Origin: Octopus sinensis
Lineage: Eukaryota
DNA: 64,000 nucleotides
NCBI RefSeq assembly: GCF_006345805.1
Contig: NC_043002.1
Span: 6,014,001-6,078,000 of the forward strand
Direction of reading: 5' to 3'
The notes beneath the pieces were generated by a model. The model was given only the letters and a program-made list of their open reading frames with translations. It was not told where the DNA came from and made no database searches. Below are positions 1-10,757 of this stretch, one piece after another. The stretch's first letter is position 1. Each line of letters begins with the position of its first letter. The position numbers and the translations under genes are program-made.

Positions 1-489
1 TTGTCTAACTTGTACAAGTAGGTGCGTGTGAATTATGCGCATATATATCGGCATACGTTTTCGTGTACACTATTACCAAATGAAATTTATTCCTTATAAA
101 ACTGTGGATATTTATGACGAAATACATTCTTTAATGGATTAGCATCTAACTGTCGTTAATTACTTACATACGTGAGAAGCCTCTTAAGCTTTAGTGTTAA
201 ATAAACATGGTTGCGTGTTGTACACTCCATACATTAATCTAATATTTTCTTTGTCGTCATGGTGTTTACCCTGTGACCACGTCGAGGCTGTCGCATTAGT
301 TTCCTCCTTTTTATTTGCTTTACCACGTTTTGAATTTAACGTTATATATTCTGAGATTGACTTCTGTACGAGTCTAATGTAGCCTTCATTTCTTCAAAGC
401 CGACGTAACTAGCACAAGTTACGTTGCGCAGCCGGAGCAGCGTCTCCGGTGGCTAAACAGACCTATACGTGAGTGACAGTCTCTGTCAC

Positions 490-770
490 ATTGAGCGCAT
501 TTGTTTATGACCTTAGGTCTGTTGGACTTAACTGCATTTCTTTTCCCCGGGCTCGCTCGTTTGCTGCTATGCTCATTAACCTCATTTCCCCTGACTTGAG
601 GGTCCTCCCCCGTATTGGACGGTCAGCTGCGAGGCTTTCCCAGGACTCTGCATTGATGACAAGAGCCTTCCCTTGTATCGCAGCCAAGGTTGACCGGTGG
701 CTCTTCTTCCAGATGCCAGCTCCCCATAGAAAATGTCCTTTGGAATGCGACCATCCTTCATACGGTGGAC
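490..770 (-). mobile_element. RTE-clade LINE, decayed 3' coding fragment
   Basis: Minus strand reads VHRMKDGRIPKDIFYGELASGRRATGQPWLRYK, then (frameshifted) INAESWESLAADR, matching the RTE C-terminal HVxRMxDxRIPKxxLYGEL...GRPxLRYKD...WExLAxDR pattern. Confidence 0.85.
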
Positions 771-1919
771 GTGTATATATATATAGCTTACATGCCCCTT
801 ACTCTTTCACAACTAACTTTGCATTTAATATTTCTTGTCTGATAAAAATAAGTACCAGTAATATACACAGGTTTTGTACAATTAATTATTCAAAGTGGAT
901 GTTGCTTAGGTATAAAATCGGTATTGAACTCATTAAAATCATTTGATGCAGGCTGATAATACGTACCCTTCAATGGATTATAAACTGCATTCATTTTAGA
1001 ACATTTTTCCAGGTTTCAGAATTTTAACATAGCACTGCCAAATTAGCAAAGTAACATATCACTCACGTTTATTAGTTGAACCTCCAATATTGCACCTATT
1101 CTACTGGAACAGCGGGAGTCGCGAGCCCTATCCACGACAAAAAGTGCAGTGCCAGATATATGATCCGAAGTATTGACCTTTCGGCCTGTTGACTGGACCC
1201 TAACACTTCGCTATTCGCAGTGAACTGTACTTATTTAATAAATAATAGAATATACATACACAAATACATACATCATAGTTTATAAATTCACATTTAAGCC
1301 AACTATAATTGGTGCAATTAGTTTCGTTAGTAAATGCCCATGTAACAATTTGGAAGAACTAGGGGTTTCAGAAATGAAAAATCAGCCAGTTAATACTCAC
1401 AGTACAAATATAATATGTAAGTGGAACAATTGAAATATGCAAAACATTCTAATTTTCAGAACGTCTCATTGTTTTTGTTATTTATATTCTAATGATGGAG
1501 CTTAGCATCTTTGTCAGGAACCAGCTCTTCCCTTACAAGACAACCCTTTAAATAATTAAAAACCAAAAAGAACGTACACACACACACACACACACGTGGA
1601 AAACGAAGTGTATGTACGGTAAAAGCATCTTAATTGAATCAACTAAACGAACTGGTAATATTTGTACGAGCGTCATATATAATGAAATTACCACAGTAGA
1701 TGGACAGACAAACAAAGAGGTGGAGACATTGTTAATTATATTAGTAGGAGAATTCAACAGAAACAGTAGAACACCATACTAACTAAACACAAGTGTTCAT
1801 TTATATTCTAAATTTAAAGCTCATTCGGTTTGGCTGCGAATGTCGCCTCTTACTACGGAGATGAATAAAACATACAGCAATCCAATGAGAAAGTATCGGT
1901 GTATTCGTATAATTTTCAA

Positions 1920-2639
1920 GAAATAGCAGCCAAATTTTCGTCTTCGAAATACAGTATAGGAAGAAAAAGATCATGGTTAAAATACATTTGATCATAAGCT
2001 TACCCTTCAGAATTGACTTTAGAGGTGAGAGATCAGTAAAAAACAACAGCAAATACGTACAAGTTTAGAAACATATTTGGATCTTTTCGGTTTGACCGGC
2101 AGTTTTTAAAAATAATTTCTTTGTAACTAAACACTTATAAACTTCGTATACTGGTAGAATGTGTTTATAAAACATCTTTTTCTCTTGGCTTTATTGAGAA
2201 AATTCTGTAGTTTGTAAGCTATTTGTTGTTTAATTTCTTGCATTTCGACAATTTCAACCAATCAATGACGTCTATTGAGGTGAAAACATTCTGTGCCGTA
2301 TGAATATGTCTGAAGAAAAAAAGATACCCTTCCCCCCACCCCTAACCCTAACCCTGACCCTAACTAACCCTAACCCTAAAACAGATTGAAATGCAATAGA
2401 TCGATACTAGGGTCATAATTATGGGTGACAGTTTCATATGATACCGCTAGAAAAAACTGCCGTTCAAACAGAAAAGATCCGAAATAGCAGCCAAATTTTC
2501 GTCTTAGGAATACAGTATAGGAAGAGAAAGATCATGGTTAAAGCACATTTGATCATAAGCTTACCCTTCCGAATTGACTTGAGAGGTGGGAGGTCAGTAA
2601 AAAACAACAGCAAATACGTACACATTTAAAAACATACTT
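1920..2639 (+). repeat. 159-bp direct duplication (1920-2078 and 2481-2639) flanking a TIR element
   Basis: Both copies start GAAATAGCAGCCAAATTTTCGTCTT and align without gaps; about 13 mismatches by eye. Confidence 0.9.
2079..2480 (+). mobile_element. Non-autonomous TIR element (GGATC family) with internal TAACCC repeats, copy 1
   Basis: About 29-bp TIRs GGATCTTTTCGGTTTGACCGGCAGTTTTT / AAAAACTGCCGTTCAAACAGAAAAGATCC; TAACCC run at ~2341-2378; homologous to 35268-35728 and 63268-63700. Confidence 0.85.
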
Positions 2640-3030
2640 ATAGACAGTCTCAAAATGTTCTCTACATTGTAATCAAATAATTATTTACAAGTGATCATAT
2701 TATCTATCAATCTGTCCTCTCACCTTTAACTTTAACTTTTGCGATTCTAACATTTTTCAATTAATATGGGAACACTGTGCTTATGACATTGAAGACGAAA
2801 GCTTTTATATAGATATTTATTCATTTATTTATTCATCTTATTTTCCTTTTGTGAATTCGCTAGAGTATTAGTACCTTCAGTAGAGCATAGAGTGAGTGTA
2901 TATTTTAGAGAGTCGGTTGGTATAAGTTCAACAGAGCATGAAGTCAGATTATTTTCTAGTGAATTAGAGTAACCCGGTGTAGCATGCACGTCACTCACAA
3001 AGTAACGAAAGAATGATAAAGAAACGCGAT

Positions 3031-3058
3031 GATAATAATAATAATAATAATAATAATA

Positions 3059-3094
<36 letters not shown>

Positions 3095-3634
3095 TAGAAT
3101 AAACGATAGTAATAAATCGAAAAGAAATGACGATTTAACCAACAAAAAGAACATAATGATTTCAACAGAATTATAATAAAAGCAAAGAAAATTGAAAATG
3201 TAACATATAAATGGGAAAAGAAAAAGTAAACAACAATGACAACAATAGCAGCAACAACAACAACAACAACAGTTATACAGTATGGCAAGGTAAAGCTGAA
3301 ACCAAAATACTGTGAGGCTGAAATTCATAAAACGGTCTTCGTGAAATTATTGAGAAACTGAGAGTTGATAACAAATGGTTTCTATGTTGGCCAGAAATGA
3401 TCTTTGACGAAGACAAACAGCATATGTTGGGCAAGGAAGTAAAAGAGTGAGAGAAAAAGAGAGAGAGAGGGGGGAGGGAGAAGACAGAAAGAGAGAGAGA
3501 GAGGGGTGGGGAGTAGAAAACTGAGTGTTTTAAACACTCACACACATACACAGGCATTTATCTGTCTGTCTGTCTGTCTGTCTGTCTCTGTCTGTCTGTC
3601 TGTCTGTCTCTGTCTGTCTGTCTCTGTCTGTCTG

Positions 3635-3680
<46 letters not shown>
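3031..3680. repeat. Microsatellites (TAA)n, (CAA)n, (GA)n, (TGTC)n-(TC)n-(TA)n
   Basis: Directly visible tracts at 3031-3092, ~3250-3270 and 3560-3680. Confidence 0.95.
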
Positions 3681-3682
<2 letters not shown>

Positions 3683-3784
3683 GGAGTAAACACATAAATG
3701 TGAAACAAGGTGAAAAAAAGAGTACTCAAATACCAGTGGTAGAGTAATATGCTTTACTTAAAGCAGCAGAAAATTCAACAAAAC

Positions 3785-3822
3785 CTGTTACTCTGAGTTT
3801 CCCGTTGCCGTTCATCGGACAG
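3785..3822 (-). ncRNA. Identical variant hammerhead on the minus strand (left arm of foldback)
   Basis: Exact reverse complement of 3840-3877. Confidence 0.6.
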
Positions 3823-3839
3823 TTTTTGCTAGAAAAAAA

Positions 3840-3877
3840 CTGTCCGATGAACGGCAACGGGAAACTCAGAGTAACAG
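3840..3877 (+). ncRNA. Type I hammerhead ribozyme, variant core (CCGAUGA)
   Basis: Stem I CUGU/ACAG; core CCGAUGA (U4C); stem II CG-GCAA-CG with an A.G mismatch at its base; GAAA; stem III ACUC-A-GAGU; GUA triplet, predicted cut after 3873. Confidence 0.6.
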
Positions 3878-3944
3878 GTTTTGTTGAATTTTCTGCTGCT
3901 TTAAATGAAGTATATATATATATATATATATATGTAGTGATTGT

Positions 3945-3989
3945 CACACGCTGATGACGGGTTAATACTCAGAAACCCGGGTCCGTGTG
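3945..3989 (+). ncRNA. Type I hammerhead ribozyme, canonical core
   Basis: Stem I CACACG/CGUGUG (6 bp); CUGAUGA 3951-3957; stem II GGGU-UAAU-ACUC with a C.A mismatch at its base; GAAA 3972-3975; palindromic stem III ACCCGGGU; GUC triplet, predicted cut after 3983. Confidence 0.8.
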
Positions 3990-4688
3990 TATCACGTCAG
4001 GTTAGAGATGGGAACGATGATTTCCCTCCGCAAATACTGACCGGGCACAGACAATGTGTCATTATCCAGCTGGAGATGTCTTCCTGGAGAAAGCTATTTA
4101 TTAATTAGGTAGGTATGTAACAGTTACTAAAAGTATTAAAAGAAAGAAATTATTAAAGAGTTGACCGAAATTTTCTATAAATTCGTGTTCCAAGAATTTT
4201 CCTTTAATTTCGATTTCTTAACTTTATTGAATTTGAACTAAAATTTAATTTTCCCCAAATTTGAATATTCATTGCATTCACTGCGGAGTTATCCGTTTTC
4301 ATTTCCTAAGTCTCTCACCCTCTATTTCAATGTTTTCATTTCAAATTTTAATTCACCATTTTGAATACCCAGTTTATTCTAAATACGTAATGTAGAAACA
4401 ATATTTATTGAATGAAAATGTTTTAATATATCGCTATAATTAATAAAAAAAACATTTCGTAGTGATTTTGTTGTTATGGCTCTTTGGAAGGCTATAAGCC
4501 TTACAATAATAACTACCTGGACCGATTTTAGCCATTTTTTAAAAAGTTAAAAACCATGGGAGGAACATTTTCGGTAAAGAAAAAAGAATTGTAAATATTT
4601 TCAGAGGAAAAGGTGAACAACTCAAGGGGGGTTTGGCTGATGTTTCTAGCACAGCTCAAACCACCCTCCTTTTTCACTCTCACATATC

Positions 4689-5096
4689 TCTTTTACTCTC
4701 TTTTACTTGTTTCAGTCATTTGACTGCGGCCATGCTGGAGCACCGCCTTTAGTCGAGCAAATCGACCCCGGGACTTATTCTTTGTAAGCCCAGTACTTAT
4801 TCTATTGGTCTCTTTTGCCGAACCGCTAAGTGACGGCGACGTAAACACACCAGCATCGGTTGTCAAGCAATGCTAGGGAGACAAACACAGACACACAAAC
4901 ACACACACACATACACATATATACATATATACGACAGGCTTCTTTCAGTTTCCGTCTACCAAATCCACTCACAAGGCATTGGTCGACCCAAGGCTATAGC
5001 AGAAGACACTTGCCCAAGATGCCACGCAGTGGGACTGAACCCAGAACCATGTGGTTGGTTAGCAAGCTACTTACCACACAGCCACTCCTGCGCCTA
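4689..5096 (-). mobile_element. tRNA-derived SINE family S1, full length
   Basis: Head AGGCGCAGGAGTGGCTGTGTGGTAAGTAGC, B-box-like GGTTCAGTCCC, internal (TG)n, tail GACTGAAACAAGT-(AAAAGAGT)n; many copies in the window. Confidence 0.9.
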
Positions 5097-5842
5097 TGTT
5101 AATGTTTCTTTAATATTTTTCTCCCATTAAACACATTTTATAGAATGATGATACCGAAGTAGCACACGCCTGGACCATTGGTGGAATATAAACAACAAAA
5201 ACAAAAAAAAAATGTAATCTAAATGTTTATCCCCACCTCCATCAAGCGAAACCGTGTGTGTGAATGTAAGAAAAAAATATTTTCTAACAGAAAAGTATGC
5301 TATTAAAATGAGTTATCGTTTACGCAACTCTTTCTTTAAATCATTGTGGATAAATGCCAACAATGACCTTCTCAGACTCTCCAATATTTTGATTTATAAA
5401 CAAACAATCGGGGGCAGGGAGTGGGTTGCAAAAATCTTTAAAGAAATGTGATGGATTGTCTTGGGATGTGTAGAAACAGTAGCCAAATCTCCCTTTGTAT
5501 CATTCACTTTTCCCTCTGAAAATATTAGCAATTTTTTATTTCCTTTACCAATAAGGTTCCACCTATGACTTTGAAGTTCAACAAAAATTGATCAAAATAA
5601 ATCCCGAGTGAGATGATGAGGGAGGGGTGGGATTGTAAAAGAAATTTTCAAAACTTTTTCATACAAAGATGCCTCCCACATGCACCCCATCATTTCGACG
5701 GCTGGGGTTTAAAAAAATAGGGAAAATCCCCGTCAAAACAGAGTAGTTCTAATTTATTTGGTCTTCCTGATCCGAAACTCCGTCTTAATTAAACTCCTCT
5801 CACCACCCTCTCTGAAAACATTTCCTCTATAAATTTCTTTAC

Positions 5843-6004
5843 AGTTAGTTAGTTAGTTAATTTGGCTCAAAAGCAAATAGCAAGGCCATGTAGGGGGACA
5901 TGGAGTTAAGTACAGGGTAGTGTTCATGTAAAGAGTTCAGGCCACTTGAGGTCAAGGGAGGCTTTGAACAAAGCGGTCGTCGGCATCTTCACCATCTCGT
6001 CTGG
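5843..6004 (-). mobile_element. CR1-like LINE family 1, short 3' end
   Basis: Near-identical to 51713-51890; (TAAC)n tail. Confidence 0.9.
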
Positions 6005-6804
6005 TTATAATCTATACTGCTTGAAAGGTATTTGTATAAACTTTCATTAAAGGATAACCATTTTCCTGAAAACCATGATAGAAAAAAGACGGATCGTGTG
6101 AATTTTCTCAAACTCCTCTTTCCACCCCGTCGGAAAAATTCTTTCCCACAAATCCCTATATATTCTGAAGCCACAACATCTAAGCGGTATTTGTAGAAAA
6201 TTTCCTTAAAAAGTATCCATTTATCTGAATGTCATGGGCAGCAAAGTCACGGGCGTATACATCTGTAGTAATGCCCTTTTAATTATACGAATTTTTCATT
6301 TCATGTTTATTTCATATATTGTTTGCAATGTTCTCTCTCCTCCCCTCTCTCTTTCTCCCTATCACACAAACACTGCAAATCTTACAGATGGACTACTGAA
6401 TTGGAATCTCTATGTTGCTTTGAGGGGCAGTAAAACTTGGCAACCTGCTCCCCGTTCCATAGTTGGTCTACCTTGATGTTTGATTAAAAAAGAGATATTA
6501 TGACTATTAAAATAATGAAAGCAATATTTACTAAGCAAATGAGCACTATTATACAAAGAAATAATTAGACGTAAAATATCATGAAAATTATTAGAATTGA
6601 GAATCAAATGTGAAAATATTATCAAATGGCCAGCAGAAAAACGCCCAGAATGTGATCTTTCTGCTTGACTATGTATATATGTGTGTCTGTCTGTGTGTGT
6701 ATACGTATAGACACACACACACATACATATAGATATATAATTGTATATTATACTATACAAATATATATTAGTATATGCTTATTCATAGACATGTCTATAT
6801 CAAA

Positions 6805-6916
<112 letters not shown>

Positions 6917-6917
6917 A

Positions 6918-7310
6918 GGCTACGACCCTGAGACGAAGCAGCAATCGTCACAATGAAATAGCCCTTCATCTCCACGACCAAAGAATGCACGACAGCCGCA
7001 GCACAATCGTTTTTTCGGCATCCGTGACATTGTGGATCGACAATTCGTCTCCCAGGAGCAAACCGCCAATCGAGAGTCCTACTACGAGGTTTTGAAGCAT
7101 GTGATGGAGGACCTTCGACTAAAACGATCAGAGTGCGAAGAATTGGATTCTTAACGATGACAATGCACCCTGTCACCGAGTTTTCCTCACTCGTGAGTTT
7201 CTCACCCAAAAACATGGCATCATTTCCGCACCAACCCTAGTTGCCAGATTTAACACATGCGGACTGCCATCTCTTCCTCAAGATGAAAATGCAGCTCAAA
7301 GATCGAGACT
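6918..7310 (+). mobile_element. mariner transposase fragment (catalytic half), decayed
   Basis: GYDPETKQQSSQ*...WILNDDNAPCHR...P*LPDLTHADCHLFLKMK across frameshifts matches mariner YDPETK, HDNAxxH and YSPDLAPxDFxLF motifs. Confidence 0.85.
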
Positions 7311-7352
7311 TTCTCATTTGATTTATGGTAGGATTTTTAAAATTTGCCTGTG

Positions 7353-7402
<50 letters not shown>

Positions 7403-7950
7403 AATATTTTCCCCACATGAGGGTGTAAGAAAAAGTCCTTACATAGCTAAATGAAAATGTGGTGGGATTTGATAAATATTATCTGCTAAGAATATGTTAT
7501 AAAACCGTCAATAGGTATAGTTCGCCTTAGTGTGAAAATAACAGCTAAAACGACCAGTTACATTCATTTCAAAGACGTAGAAATGTCAACCCTAGACAAA
7601 CATACTCACAAACATACATAGACACACACACACAACAATATTTAGGGACTGGAATGGCGTTACTGTTTTGAAATTCCTTTCGTCGCTTCAGGTTCAATTC
7701 ACTGCACAATGTTGGCAGGTTGTGTTATAATATATACGCGCAAGCAAAAGAGTTGTGAGTGGAATTGGTAGATAGAAACTTGCAGAAACCTTCGTGTACA
7801 TGCACCACCACATATATTGAGTGTTACGAATGAAATTACATATACCCTTAATTAAGACATTTTGTTCAAAAACAGTTATTATTTCTTGTCTTATAATTAC
7901 GTAAACATCAACACCTTATATATGTAGAGACAGATATATAAATATATACG

Positions 7951-7984
<34 letters not shown>

Positions 7985-8312
7985 ATATATATATATAAAC
8001 ATATCTATATACAGACGTATATATCTATCCATACGTGTGTGTGTGTATGGACGTAAGCCTACACACACACACACATGCAAACACACACACACACACATAC
8101 GCACACATATATATGATGTTTACGTTGAATGTAATGAGTAAGCATTAGGGTTATTAAAGTCAAACATGTGTGGTTCTGAATGTGTGGTGTTTAAGGTTGG
8201 AATTAGCTTTCAATCATTCTACGGTCGATAAAATAGCACGTTGTTAGATACTAGGGGGGAAGGTAATGAAGTTCACGGGGGTTCAGTCTGATATCCAACC
8301 AGTCAACCATGC

Positions 8313-8375
8313 TAGTATATATATATATATATATATATATACATACATATATATATGTGTATATATATATACATA

Positions 8376-8426
<51 letters not shown>

Positions 8427-8493
8427 GTATGTATATATATATATATACGTATATACGTACACAAACATATCTGTACATATACACATATATGCA

Positions 8494-8532
<39 letters not shown>

Positions 8533-8591
8533 GTATATGGTTATTATATACATACATATTTATATATGTATATATGTATGTATATATATAT

Positions 8592-8625
<34 letters not shown>

Positions 8626-8652
8626 ATATATATAAATATATATGTATGTATG

Positions 8653-8695
<43 letters not shown>
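8313..8695. repeat. Compound (TA)n/(TG)n microsatellite
   Basis: Directly visible. Confidence 0.95.
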
Positions 8696-8698
<3 letters not shown>

Positions 8699-9016
8699 AA
8701 GATACATATCAATACGTTCATATGGTTTCTGTGCATATGCACATATGGTGAAAATGCAGGCATTTATGTTTTTAATTATCAAAGCAGACAGAAATTAGTA
8801 AGTAAGCACATTTGTTGTCTGTCTGTGAAAGAAAGCATTTAAGGAACGGTTCACACGTTGGACACTCATCTGAAATACAGCTTTGACATTAATAAACACA
8901 AACACACACAGCCACATACTCAAAAGAAGCACACACCCATGCATTTATCAACATTCACTAACCCCATGAATGTATGCGTGTGTGAGTGTGTGTGTGTGTG
9001 TGTGTGTTGTGTATGT

Positions 9017-9069
<53 letters not shown>

Positions 9070-9070
<1 letters not shown>

Positions 9071-9288
9071 AGGCGCAGGAATGGCTGTCTGGTAAGTAGC
9101 TTGTTTACCAGCCTCATGGTTCCGGGTTCAGTCCCTTTACGTTACACCTTGGGCAAGTGTCTTCTACTATAGCCTCGGGCCGACCAAAACCTTGTGAGTG
9201 GATTTGGTAGAAGGAAACTGAAATGCGGTGCTCCAGCATGGCCGCAGTCAAATGACTGAAACAAGTGTAAGAGTAAAAGAGTAAGAGT
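9070..9288 (+). mobile_element. SINE S1, internally deleted
   Basis: Head and tail present, joined at GAAACTGAAA|TGCGGTGCTCC; central ~190 bp missing. Confidence 0.85.
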
Positions 9289-10048
9289 ATATATATATAT
9301 ATATATATATTCATACACACAGGCATATATGTATATAAATATATGTATATATATTATCTATATATGTTTATTTATGTACGTGTATATATATATGTATATA
9401 TATGTATATATATGTGTGTATATATATATACATACGTATACATGTATATATTCATATATATGCATGTATGTATGTAATATGCCTGACAACACGTTCCCAG
9501 TACGGTAATTGCATTTTATACAATTATCACGATATTCTTTTATACTAAATCACAATATTTTGCACTGTTTATAAACTAGACTACACGTGAAACATTCAAC
9601 TGATTAATTTGTCAGTCTACCCAATATTCCAATTTCACTCATGAGACCTTCTGCCATAAACTATGGCCTGGAACAGTCAAACAGTTGGAGATTTTTACGC
9701 TTTTCTATTCTCATCATATTTTGCTATATGCATGAAAAAAGAAACTCTTTGCTATACATTTGTTTTTACTGAGTAATGTTACATACTATTATTAAATTTT
9801 AATATGGATCTATCTGTCTATTGATCTATCTATCATTCTCTGTCTCTCTTTCTCTCTCCCTCCCTCTTTCCCTCCACTCTCTCCCTCCCTCTCTCTGTCT
9901 CTGTTTCTCTGTCTCTGTCTGTCTGTCTGCCTCTGTGTGTGTGCCTGTCTGTCTGTCTGTCTCTCTCTCTTTGTCTCTGTATATATATATAATATATATA
10001 TATATATAGATAGATAGATACATACACATACATACATGCATACATACA

Positions 10049-10493
10049 TATAATTAAAATAAGCAACAAGTATATCCAAGGTAGAGTAGTACAATTGTTT
10101 CATGCTACTTCATTTTATTAAACTCTGTAAATATTACATCAGTTTTAAAATGTCGAGCAATCTTCAGCCACATATAGAATTTTTTAATTAAACGGACAAG
10201 GCACATTCTCATCCCTATTTCATTTGCCAACATTATAAAGAGGGTAGATATATAGACAGATAGGTTGATTTCATTCTTAAGAATATGACAGTAGTATGTT
10301 CACTCTCTGTCTGTAGAGTTTATCATTGAGTTCACTTTGTTATTTAGATCTGTCAGAATTAGAAAATTCTATAAGTGGCTGAAGATTGCTCGACATTTTA
10401 AAACTGATGTAATACAGTGTTTAATAAAATGAAGTAGCATGAAACAATTGTACTACACTACCTTGGATATACTTGTTGCTTATTTTGATTATA
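10049..10493. mobile_element. MITE with ~135-bp terminal inverted repeats
   Basis: 10049-10183 is the near-exact reverse complement of 10363-10493; ~180-bp spacer. Confidence 0.8.
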
Positions 10494-10609
10494 ATCACCC
10501 AATTTGATTTATATGGATAATGCCATACAAAATTCTGGTGCCTTTAACTTAAGTGCCATATTCATCTGAATCTAAATTTTGCAGAATTTATATATATGTA
10601 TATATATAT

Positions 10610-10752
10610 TCATTTTTTCCTCTCATTCATTTCTGTCGAAGAGCGTAGACTCGAAACGTCAAGGACTCTTCCGTTCCTCCCAAGCGTCAAACAGTTTCAC
10701 CTTCTTGTTCTCTCATCTGTCTTCGTTTTTTATTTTCTATAAATTTGAACTC
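10610..10752 (+). mobile_element. PLE terminal-repeat fragment, family A
   Basis: Homologous to 18417-18560 (rc), 22795-22995 (rc) and 53165-53298; contains CTGTCGAAGAGCGTAGACTCGAAACGTC. Confidence 0.65.
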
Positions 10753-10757
10753 ATATA

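Larger units (their letters stand above)
3681..3904. mobile_element. PLE terminal-repeat-like fragment with inverted duplication
   Basis: Perfect 70-bp inverted repeat 3758-3827 / 3835-3904; contains an HHR fold; bounded by (TA)n on both sides. Inverted terminal-repeat copies and HHRs are known PLE traits. Confidence 0.65.

Noticed and set aside
3864-3983. Heterodimeric double hammerhead between the two adjacent motifs
   Set aside because: The stem III strands can partly cross-pair, but the swapped stem I arms (CUGU with CGUG) do not.
4450-6220. Old interspersed element interrupted by S1 and CR1
   Set aside because: Repeat-like appearance, but no termini or second copy could be defined.
8251-8842. 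Many overlapping ORFs rich in IY, CV, HT or LSIY (also near 23700, 27700, 33200, 39100, 47700, 59100)
   Set aside because: Translations of stop-free microsatellites in several frames; not genes.
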